The position numbers and the translations under genes are program-made. Below, in pieces: positions 19,324 through 25,854 of a stretch of 63,570 nt of DNA; within the stretch, counting starts at the first letter, position 1, and each line of letters opens with the position of its first letter. This DNA is from a virus. Its lineage: Duplodnaviria; Caudoviricetes. Under the pieces are notes generated by a model, which had not been told where the DNA came from, ran no database searches, and saw only the letters and a program-made list of their open reading frames with translations. The stretch spans positions 1 through 63,570 of the IMG/VR virus record IMGVR_UViG_3300031997_000009, one strand, 5' to 3'.

Positions 19324-19530
19324 CTATTCGTTGCAAGCAATCGAAGCGTTTGCCGTCATCACGGCCTCGCGGACCTTGCGGATGGCAGCAGACCTATCCG
19401 CCGAATCCGGGCAACAAGCCATAATACAGCGAGCAAAAACCTTCGCGTTGGCGCGCAGAAGCTCGTATCGCTCCTGCTGGTTATCCTTCGGTGCGTGATA
19501 CGTGAACAGATTGTCAAGTTCATCTCCCAT
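19324..19530 (-). CDS. Acb2/Tad1-like helical-hairpin protein (candidate nucleotide-signal sponge)
   Basis: NLFTYHAP...YELLR...CPDSADRSAAIRKVREAVMTANASIA. Confidence 0.7.
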   Translation of the reverse strand: MGDELDNLFTYHAPKDNQQERYELLRANAKVFARCIMACCPDSADRSAAIRKVREAVMTANASIACNE

Positions 19531-19945
19531 AGATCCTCCTTTGTATTTCTTCCCTGTACGCCTCTATCCCATCCCTCCTGGCTTCGCAGGTGGCGCACCA
19601 TCGATCATCGTGGGCCGTGTCGTGGCAGTCACGGGAGATGGCGAGGGCGAGTGCATCATCGTTGAGAACATTCTTTAGAGAATGAGTGCTCAAGAAGTCA
19701 TCGTTATTCTCTATCCATATCCGGTAGAGACCGTCTTTCCCAATCTGCGTTACAATAACCGCCTTTCCTGGAGAAAAATCGTACTCTGCGAACCAAGCCA
19801 AAAGTAGCTTGTCCTTGTATTTTTCAGTAAATTCCTGGATTTCCTTGCAGATTCGCGAGAAAAGTCCAGGCTCATTTCTATCGGTGAACCGAACTTCGCT
19901 TCTGAATTTCGCACAAAGACTATCCATGCTCTCTGCTTGTTCCAT
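19520..19945 (-). CDS. hypothetical protein
   Basis: 141-aa co-oriented ORF with CH...CATC near the C-terminus. Confidence 0.55.
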   Translation of the reverse strand: MEQAESMDSLCAKFRSEVRFTDRNEPGLFSRICKEIQEFTEKYKDKLLLAWFAEYDFSPGKAVIVTQIGKDGLYRIWIENNDDFLSTHSLKNVLNDDALALAISRDCHDTAHDDRWCATCEARRDGIEAYREEIQRRIYGR

Positions 19946-19948
19946 TTC

Positions 19949-20386
19949 TCAGCCCACCTTGTTCTCGTCGAGTTTGTGGTCGCCACAAAAGTCATTCTCA
20001 AACACGACCGGATACCCGCCCATCGTGGGAGCATGGCGCCTGCACCGGCCGAGCTTCGACTTCCCGCCCGTAACGCTCGCTTTCATTACGCACCACATAC
20101 AGGTAGCGCAGCTCATCCCTTTTGAACGGTGCTTCCAAGGGTCTGTCTGCAGGAAGATGGCGTCAGGGATTTCGGTCTTTTCTTTCTTCTCAAGCGCCTC
20201 CGTAAGCATGGCCTCCCTTTGATTGATTGATACCTGGGCGAGCTTGAAGTTTGGGTCGTGAACGGATTTCGCCTGGTAAATTTTTGAATACCTCCAATCC
20301 AAGTCCTTGCTGCCCTTCTTCTTTATCACACGCCCTATTGAAACAGAATTCACCTTATCGAGTCTCTGGCCCCTCGGAATGCTCAT
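19949..20386 (-). CDS. hypothetical protein with Cys-rich C-terminal domain
   Basis: CATCMWC...GRCRRHAP...PVV...DFCGDH. Confidence 0.65.
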   Translation of the reverse strand: MSIPRGQRLDKVNSVSIGRVIKKKGSKDLDWRYSKIYQAKSVHDPNFKLAQVSINQREAMLTEALEKKEKTEIPDAIFLQTDPWKHRSKGMSCATCMWCVMKASVTGGKSKLGRCRRHAPTMGGYPVVFENDFCGDHKLDENKVG

Positions 20387-20763
20387 ACACCCTCCTTAAA
20401 TAAATTAGCCTGCGCTTCGTCCGGAAAGCAAGACTTGAGCCTGCTGATTGTAAAGCTGATACTGTCGCGCCTTTCAGTCATGTGATCCACGGTGCATTGC
20501 AGTTCGGCGTAGTTCCTGGCGAGGAAGTACCCATCCCCGCAGGACGCGATGGGTACGCCCTCACGCCGAGCGTGAGACACGATGGCGCGTAGCTGGACAG
20601 GGGAAATGTCGCGGTCCTCGCAGATGATGTCTCCGCACGTCACCTTCTCGCGCCCCTCGCAGTTCTCCTCCAGGTACGACAGGACCGCTGCGTACTTCTC
20701 GGCAAACAGGCGGGATTGCCTGAAGGCGTCCATTTCGTCAGAATATTTCTCAAAGCTCGTCAT
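20383..20763 (-). CDS. winged-helix DNA-binding protein
   Basis: LRAIVSHARREGVPIASCGDGYFLA pattern. Confidence 0.65.
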   Translation of the reverse strand: MTSFEKYSDEMDAFRQSRLFAEKYAAVLSYLEENCEGREKVTCGDIICEDRDISPVQLRAIVSHARREGVPIASCGDGYFLARNYAELQCTVDHMTERRDSISFTISRLKSCFPDEAQANLFKEGV

Positions 20764-21136
20764 CTTTTTTCCTCCCACACTTGGAGCAGATATTAAGTTC
20801 AACCCCTACGCTAAAGTCGTGCTCGCAAATTCTTACGTCCTGCTGCTTAAACACCTTGGCCGGCTCTGAGGGTATTCTGCCCGTCACGATCCCGGCGATT
20901 TCATCAAAGCCATTGAGAATCTCCTTGCGCTGGAGCTCGTCATCCACGGCCGCAGATGTCTGCTTTAAAAGGTGTAGGGCTATCATGGCGATCTTGGATG
21001 GGTGCAGGGTTGTGCTCATATCGAGAGCAAAAGCCCCGGGCCCCACCTCGTCAGCCACGAGAATCAGGCGCCCTGTCGGCCTGGACAAGGGCGCAGTCCT
21101 CATTTGAAGCCTCGGATCGTTAAAAATGTCGCTCAC
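20750..21136 (-). CDS. hypothetical protein
   Basis: GTGA overlap; C-terminal CEH...CSKCG. Confidence 0.55.
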   Translation of the reverse strand: MSDIFNDPRLQMRTAPLSRPTGRLILVADEVGPGAFALDMSTTLHPSKIAMIALHLLKQTSAAVDDELQRKEILNGFDEIAGIVTGRIPSEPAKVFKQQDVRICEHDFSVGVELNICSKCGRKKDDEL

Positions 21137-21645
21137 TTATCCCCCTTCTTGTTCGGCTGAAAAATGAATTTGATGTGGCGCTGCCTCAAGAAATTAGCAT
21201 CGAAAATAAAAACAGCATGGGACTGCTGGGACGTATCCTTGCTGCCGGAGAACCGCAGGCGCTTCTGGATAAAATTAATCTCGGTGGCGAAGTAACAGGC
21301 CTGCATCCACCACTCCTGATCCGTCTTGCACGGCACAAGGAGGGCGGTCATAAACCGAAAACCCTCTGCCTGCGCGACAAAGCAAATCTTTATGATGTGT
21401 GAGGTAATTTTCCACAGTGTTTTTGTGTCATAAGGAGGGTTGCAGAATACGGCGGCATACGCCCTGGAGATCATATCGGGAGCGGTATTCTCGAAGGGGC
21501 TGCTGATGTCGCAATACTTGTCGCACAGGTTGTTTTCGGCGCTGGCGCAAGCGTCAAAATCAAAATGAAAGCGCCTGTCCAGCGCTTCAAATAACCATGC
21601 TGGCGTCCGCCATTCGCTCGACTTGCTCTTTTCAATTCGCATCAC
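21133..21645 (-). CDS. phage Dam-family N6-adenine DNA methyltransferase
   Basis: EWRTP, FDFDACAS..N, FCNPPY, LLVP..TD..W, RLRF. Confidence 0.9.
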   Translation of the reverse strand: MMRIEKSKSSEWRTPAWLFEALDRRFHFDFDACASAENNLCDKYCDISSPFENTAPDMISRAYAAVFCNPPYDTKTLWKITSHIIKICFVAQAEGFRFMTALLVPCKTDQEWWMQACYFATEINFIQKRLRFSGSKDTSQQSHAVFIFDANFLRQRHIKFIFQPNKKGDK

Positions 21646-21658
21646 TACCGCCTTTAAT

Positions 21659-21961
21659 TTAGGCCAAATCGTTTGCCGACATATATTCTCGGCTCAATAG
21701 CTTATCGTGGTGTTTTTTGTCCAGGAATTTTCTATCCGCATCGCATGGAATTGGTAGAGCTTGAACCTGCCCTCCAGGATTAATACCCAGGCGGTGTGTT
21801 TTTTGGAGAGCATGGGAAAGGCCTAAGGCCTCCGTAATAATAACCCCGCGGAACCCATCTTCTGCGGCAAAAGAAAGCCACCAGAGCTCCGACTTCCCAG
21901 CCTCAACTTCTTCTGAAAGTCGCTCACCGATTCTTTGCTGGACTTGAGATTCGCTTAACAT
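21659..21961 (-). CDS. hypothetical protein
   Basis: WWLSFA...FRGV...LGINPGGQV conserved-looking pattern. Confidence 0.65.
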   Translation of the reverse strand: MLSESQVQQRIGERLSEEVEAGKSELWWLSFAAEDGFRGVIITEALGLSHALQKTHRLGINPGGQVQALPIPCDADRKFLDKKHHDKLLSREYMSANDLA

Positions 21962-22146
21962 CTTTTCTCCTTTTCCCGGTCTTGTTTAATAAGATCTTCC
22001 AGTGCTTCCATAAGAGAGACAGGGCGTTGCAAGCCTATCGACATAAACCCAGCCCAAACCAGTGCCTTGCGCCCAGCCAACTCCCTGCGCGTCCACTCTT
22101 CCCCGCTCTCTTTCAGGTATTGCCATTTGTACTCCATCGAATTCAT
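21955..22146 (-). CDS. hypothetical protein
   Basis: GGAGA RBS before MNSMEY. Confidence 0.55.
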   Translation of the reverse strand: MNSMEYKWQYLKESGEEWTRRELAGRKALVWAGFMSIGLQRPVSLMEALEDLIKQDREKEKRC

Positions 22147-22182
22147 CTTTTCTCCCGAACGCTTGCGTGCGTTCCGTCTTCC

Positions 22183-22318
22183 GCGAAACGGATGGCGCAA
22201 TGCACGCCGTTAAATTTTATCATAGCTACAGTTAGGACACATTTCCTGCAACACAATAGGCACAACCATCTTGTCACAGTTGGGACACTTTTTTAATGGC
22301 TTGCTTGCGCTGTTGTCC
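22183..22318. repeat. attC-like site E0 (136 nt)
   Basis: GCGAAAC ggatg GCGCAA-t-GCA-c-GCCGTTAAA ... TTTAATGGC-t-TGC-TTGCGC t GTTGTCC. Confidence 0.75.
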
Positions 22319-22428
22319 GATGGGGGCGCGGGCCGATATGATGGGCAATTAGGAGGGCAAAGCCCGTTTTCCATAATCGTATGGTTATGATATTCTACAT
22401 CAAAAACACTGGAAGCATATTCTGTCAT
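22210..22428 (-). CDS. cassette C1 protein with C-terminal zinc ribbon
   Basis: AAGGAG RBS; CPNC...CPNC encoded inside E0. Confidence 0.6.
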   Translation of the reverse strand: MTEYASSVFDVEYHNHTIMENGLCPPNCPSYRPAPPSDNSASKPLKKCPNCDKMVVPIVLQEMCPNCSYDKI

Positions 22429-22446
22429 TTTCTTCGCGCTCCTTTC

Positions 22447-22586
22447 GGACAACGGTCAAGGCACCGGCCCGACCGACTATTATTTTATATTGTCGGGGCG
22501 GATGGGGCGAAGTGCGCCAACTCCCACTGCTCTTTACATTCGGGACATAAGTATGTGGGCGCATTTTGCCCTGCTTGTTGTTGTAC
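22447..22586. repeat. attC-like site E1 (140 nt, branched)
   Basis: GGACAAC...GTTGTAC with internal stems CCGGCCCGAC/GTCGGGGCGG and GGGCGAAGTGCGCC/GGCGCATTTTGCCC. Confidence 0.8.
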
Positions 22587-22805
22587 GCTGGATTTTGCGA
22601 TGCCTTGCGCCGCCTCTTTGTGTTCCGGTATTTCGGGGTGACGGATAAGCATATCAGATTGTAGTGCAGCATTCCAAGCGCATTCCGCTAAATCCTCTTT
22701 GGATATTTCAGTGAGCCTATTTTTGTTTTGAAAAGTAGCCACCCACCAATCCGAAAACGACAATCCTTTGCGAAACAGAAGATCGTTTATGTCTCTTTGG
22801 TCCAT
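22485..22805 (-). CDS. cassette C2 hypothetical protein
   Basis: AAGGAGA RBS; FSDWW...AECAWNAA; stop lies inside E1. Confidence 0.65.
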   Translation of the reverse strand: MDQRDINDLLFRKGLSFSDWWVATFQNKNRLTEISKEDLAECAWNAALQSDMLIRHPEIPEHKEAAQGIAKSSVQQQAGQNAPTYLCPECKEQWELAHFAPSAPTI

Positions 22806-22854
22806 CTTTTCTCCTTGCCTTGCGGCGCTGATTTATTTCCTCGCAAAATCTTGC

Positions 22855-22928
22855 GTACAACGGTTGCGAATGGCCGCAGTAAACATCAAGCCTCCGCCTC
22901 GTTTATTGCGGCCTTCGCGTTGTTGCAT
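22855..22928. repeat. attC-like site E2 (74 nt)
   Basis: GTACAAC ggtt GCGAA-t-GGCCGCAGTAAAC ... GTTTATTGCGGCC-TTCGC gtt GTTGCAT, one bulged base. Confidence 0.88.
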
Positions 22929-23290
22929 GGGGCATCTTCGCCCGTACCGTTTGCCCGCTCCCCGCCCACGGATGGGCGGTCTTCGATGTGTTCACGCACT
23001 CCGTCTTTATCGGGCGGACCCCATGTTCTTTTTTCGTTGCCCGCCATTTTCTTTTCCGCTTCCAAGATAAGCGAGAAATTGTTTTTGTGGGCGAGGTGGT
23101 AAAGCAAAAGCAAGCAGTCCGCAGACTCTTCGGCAATGTCCGCGTGTTCGTTGGACTCAATAGCGGAATCGAGTTCCGCGACTTCCTTTTTAAGATGTGC
23201 TACGATTGATTTGCTCGTAGCCCCAGGAAAGGTAGAGTAGGCCCACATTCCAACATAAACCTGAAGCGTATTTACCGTTATGTCTTTCAT
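22886..23290 (-). CDS. cassette C3: MazG-like/DUF550 dNTP pyrophosphohydrolase
   Basis: WAYSTFP...HLKKEVAEL...EESADCLLL...KMAGNEKRTW; start at MKDITV after AGAAAGGA. Confidence 0.8.
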   Translation of the reverse strand: MKDITVNTLQVYVGMWAYSTFPGATSKSIVAHLKKEVAELDSAIESNEHADIAEESADCLLLLYHLAHKNNFSLILEAEKKMAGNEKRTWGPPDKDGVREHIEDRPSVGGERANGTGEDAPCNNAKAAINEAEA

Positions 23291-23341
23291 TCTTTCCTTT
23301 CTTGCGGCCCCGGATGGGCCGCTGTCTTGCGGGCAAATGGT

Positions 23342-23434
23342 ATGCAACGCCCGTTGCTTGCCGAAGTTTGCGTACTCGCAAATTTGGGAGAGCGCCGGAA
23401 ACCCCGGCGCGAACCGGCAAGCAATTTGTTGCAT
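23342..23434. repeat. attC-like site E3 (93 nt)
   Basis: ATGCAAC gcccg TTGCTTGCCG ... CGGCAAGCAA ttt GTTGCAT with two internal hairpins. Confidence 0.88.
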
Positions 23435-23458
23435 GAAGTAAAACCCCGCCGTTTTTCA

Positions 23459-23782
23459 TTATTCTGATGCCTCGATAATGTCCGCTGCCGCCCGTAATGC
23501 TTTTGATTTCAATCTTAGGTAGCTCACATACGCACCAAGGCATGACCCTGCCGCACCGATAATCAGGGCGCACATCAGCAGCACGATGGAAAGATTTGGT
23601 ACCGTGATTGATATCGTTGACATTTAGTCCGCCTCCCTTTTAATTTTGTCGAGTTGCTGCGCCGTGTATGGCTTGTTCTCTTCCGTGATAACGCCGCCCA
23701 GCGTGGCAACATCCTTGATAACGGCAACCGGAAGCATGGCCGTGTTGACCGCAGTTCTGATTAAGGCTCCGAATAATCCCAT
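23459..23782 (-). CDS. cassette C4: two small hydrophobic proteins (23624-23782, 52 aa; 23459-23623, 54 aa)
   Basis: translated by hand: MGLFGALIRTAVNTAMLPVAVIKDVATLGG... and MSTISITVPNLSIVLLMCALIIG...; both have an RBS. Confidence 0.65.
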
Positions 23783-23841
23783 GTTTTTCCTTTCTTGCGG
23801 CCTTGGCCGCTCCCGCTTCGCCTTCGGCGGGGTTTTATTTT

Positions 23842-23925
23842 ATGCAACGGGAAGCTATGCCGAAGCCGCGTCAGCGGTTTGCGGTGCGGGACTTGTTCCC
23901 GCGCCCGGCATAGCGTTTGTTGCCT
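23842..23925. repeat. attC-like site E4 (84 nt)
   Basis: ATGCAAC gggaa GCTATGCCG ... CGGCATAGC gttt GTTGCCT. Confidence 0.88.
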
Positions 23926-24427
23926 GCTGTGTTTCGGCGCGGTCTTCTGTCTTTATGAATGCGACCCAATGAGTCTTTTGCTGCTTTCCGCTTTTGTGCC
24001 CGAAAAGCGGCCGGTAGGGCGTGAGCGCCAGAATACGCGAAACCGGAATTTCATCGGCACACCACTTGAAAACAAGGACGCCATTATCTTTAAGAACGCG
24101 GAACGCTTCGGCAAACCCAGCGCGGAGCATCTCGCTCCAGTCTCCTTTAAGAGTACCGTACTTTAACCCCACCCATCCGGTAGCACCATTGCGCTCAAAA
24201 TGTGGCGGGTCGAAAACGACCAAGGAGAAGGAGCCGCTTTCAAAAGGCAGGGCCGTAAAGTCGCATTGATAATCGGGGTCGATGACAAGCTCACGGCTCC
24301 CTCCAGTGCTGGAAATGTCAGGAAGTGTGCGCCGCTCTTTGCGCTGGTCCACAAAAACGGCCCGCTGGTCATTCTTGTCAAACCAGAACATCTTGCTTCC
24401 GCAGCACATATCCAGGACTGGCTTCAT
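23855..24427 (-). CDS. cassette C5: SAM-dependent amino-type DNA methyltransferase
   Basis: VLDMCCGSKMFWFDK (motif I), VVFDPPH (motif IV), FRVLK..G.LVFKW; start at MKPVLD. Confidence 0.85.
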   Translation of the reverse strand: MKPVLDMCCGSKMFWFDKNDQRAVFVDQRKERRTLPDISSTGGSRELVIDPDYQCDFTALPFESGSFSLVVFDPPHFERNGATGWVGLKYGTLKGDWSEMLRAGFAEAFRVLKDNGVLVFKWCADEIPVSRILALTPYRPLFGHKSGKQQKTHWVAFIKTEDRAETQQATNAMPGAGTSPAPQTADAASA

Positions 24428-24483
24428 TCTTTTTCTCCAGCGGGCTTGCCCCGCGTTAATTGTCTTCCGCGCCGAAACATTGC

Positions 24484-24673
24484 CGGCAACGTCCGACCCA
24501 TTAAGCAGTTGGTTGTTTCTGCTCATCACATTTAATCAACCGATTGAGGCGGTCGATTCCGGCATTCAAAAAGCCACGCGCCTTTTCAATATTTCCACTA
24601 TTCAAACAAGCACCAGCCATGTCAAATTGAACCTTGGCGTCTTCGACCGCCGCCTTAATGGGGCTTGTTGTGC
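24484..24673. repeat. attC-like site E5 (190 nt, branched)
   Basis: CGGCAAC gtccga CCCATTAAG ... CTTAATGGG gctt GTTGTGC; internal stems CAGTTGGTTG/CAACCGATTG and GGCGGTCGA/TCGACCGCC. Confidence 0.8.
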
Positions 24674-24842
24674 GAAGTGACGCGCCTGCCTTTAATTCTT
24701 CAAGTTCGCTAAATGTTTTTGCCAAATCGTTCAGGACTGTGTAAACATCGGGGGGATACATTGTGTCCTTACCAAACGGCAGATAATGATAACGAGCCTG
24801 GAAGCGTTTAGCAAACAGCTCAAAACTTTCATTTGCATTCAT
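24501..24842 (-). CDS. cassette C6 hypothetical protein
   Basis: AAGGAGA RBS before MNANESF; about half of the ORF lies inside E5. Confidence 0.65.
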   Translation of the reverse strand: MNANESFELFAKRFQARYHYLPFGKDTMYPPDVYTVLNDLAKTFSELEELKAGASLRTTSPIKAAVEDAKVQFDMAGACLNSGNIEKARGFLNAGIDRLNRLIKCDEQKQPTA

Positions 24843-24874
24843 TGCTTTTTCTCCTTGTCTTGGCGCGGCATTTT

Positions 24875-25000
24875 GTACAACGGATTGCCCCACTTTGGGA
24901 CGCATCCACAAATATTATTTTTCGTCCCGAAGAATGGGCGAAGCGTTCCGCTTCTTCAAATCAATTTTTGCGGAACGTTTTGCCCTGGGGCTTGTTAGGT
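24875..25000. repeat. attC-like site E6 (126 nt, branched)
   Basis: GTACAAC ggatt GCCCCA ... TGGGGC tt GTTAGGT; internal stems CTTTGGGACG/CGTCCCGAAG and GGGCGAAGCGTTCCGC/GCGGAACGTTTTGCCC. Confidence 0.85.
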
Positions 25001-25355
25001 GCTGTTTTACAAATTCGTTTAACAGGTAATACGCCTTGTCCACGCAACAGCACATCCCCTCTTTTTCATCAATATCTTTTTCGAGCAGGTCTTCAAAAAG
25101 CGGGAAGCCTTTTAGAACGCGAAATAACTCATTGTCAACTTGCTTGCCAGTCTTTGTTTCGATAACGTGGCAGGCGTCTAAAACAATCGACATTATTTGA
25201 TGTTCGACATCACGTAGCAGCCCAGTAAAGCTGACGCCATCAGTTTTGCGAAACATATTCTGGTAGCTCTCGCTTTTTTCGCGTTCTATTCTTCCCGCCT
25301 CAAATAGACCTGTGAGAACTTCTTTGATTGCTGTTGCAGTCACTTTCTCTACCAT
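24915..25355 (-). CDS. cassette C7 hypothetical protein
   Basis: GAAAGGA RBS; 146-aa ORF with stop inside E6. Confidence 0.7.
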   Translation of the reverse strand: MVEKVTATAIKEVLTGLFEAGRIEREKSESYQNMFRKTDGVSFTGLLRDVEHQIMSIVLDACHVIETKTGKQVDNELFRVLKGFPLFEDLLEKDIDEKEGMCCCVDKAYYLLNEFVKQHLTSPRAKRSAKIDLKKRNASPILRDEK

Positions 25356-25393
25356 AATTCTACCGTCCTTTCAGACAACACTTGTAAAATTGC

Positions 25394-25471
25394 ACCTAAC
25401 GCTATGCCGAAGGGCGAAGCGGATTATTCAAAATACATCCTTTAATCCGTTTTGCCCTGGCGCTGTTGTAC
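25394..25471. repeat. attC-like site E7 (78 nt)
   Basis: ACCTAAC gctat GCC-ga-AGGGCGAAGCGGATTA ... TAATCCGTTTTGCCCT-GGC gct GTTGTAC. Confidence 0.85.
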
Positions 25472-25741
25472 GCAAAACCGGCGATGATTTTGATTGCGCC
25501 GATTCAATTAGCCCCTCTGTTTCAATTCTGTCTCTTAAATAACAGAACTCTCTATTTGTCATATCCAAAACCACTCTGACCATATTAGTATGTTCGCTTA
25601 CCCCACCTTTCGTTCTAAACCTATCATGCTTTACTATTTTCATTTCCATTTCCCACAACAAAGACAGCGCATTCTTTCAACCGGGAATGTAAATCGTGGC
25701 CACGAATGACCAAATATTTTACAGAATAATCTTTTAATCAT
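25428..25741 (-). CDS. cassette C8: two small proteins (25640-25741, 33 aa, CxxFGH...CxxC DUF1660-like; 25428-25643, 71 aa)
   Basis: translated by hand: MIKRLFCKIFGHSW...RCLCCGKWK, ATGA overlap to MKIVKHD... Confidence 0.6.
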
Positions 25742-25787
25742 GTCTTTCCTTTCTTATCGGCGCTCTTGGCTATTTCGCCGGTTTTGC

Positions 25788-25854
25788 GTACAACTACCAC
25801 TATGATGCAATAACATTCACCCTATGCTCTGATTTTGCACGTAAGACGAAGCTG
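25788..25854 (-). other. attI-like entry site (or decayed attC)
   Basis: minus strand TTGCATCATAGTGGTAG|TTGTAC: core GTT present, but no matching AAC arm and only a weak stem upstream. Confidence 0.5.

Larger units (their letters stand above)
22183..25854 (-). mobile_element. integron-like gene-cassette array: 8 cassettes, 8 attC-like sites, 1 attI-like site, no recognisable integrase
   Basis: regular alternation of ORF(s) and AAC...GTT imperfect hairpins; the two ends of each cassette are complementary over about 19-24 nt. Confidence 0.85.

Noticed and set aside
21640-22182. Further cassettes downstream of E0
   Set aside because: No complement of the GCGAAAC flank and no further AAC...GTT hairpin found by eye
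23190-23573. 127-aa minus-strand ORF crossing attC-like E3
   Set aside because: Overlaps two better-supported RBS-bearing genes in other frames; probably incidental, although a TAATG-coupled start at 23459 cannot be excluded
22183-25794. Hairpins as terminators, REP/MITE copies or a shufflon
   Set aside because: No U-tracts, hairpin sequences differ from each other, no target duplications seen, all genes are co-oriented, each cassette has its own end pair, and no invertase was found; the AAC/GTT register fits attC better
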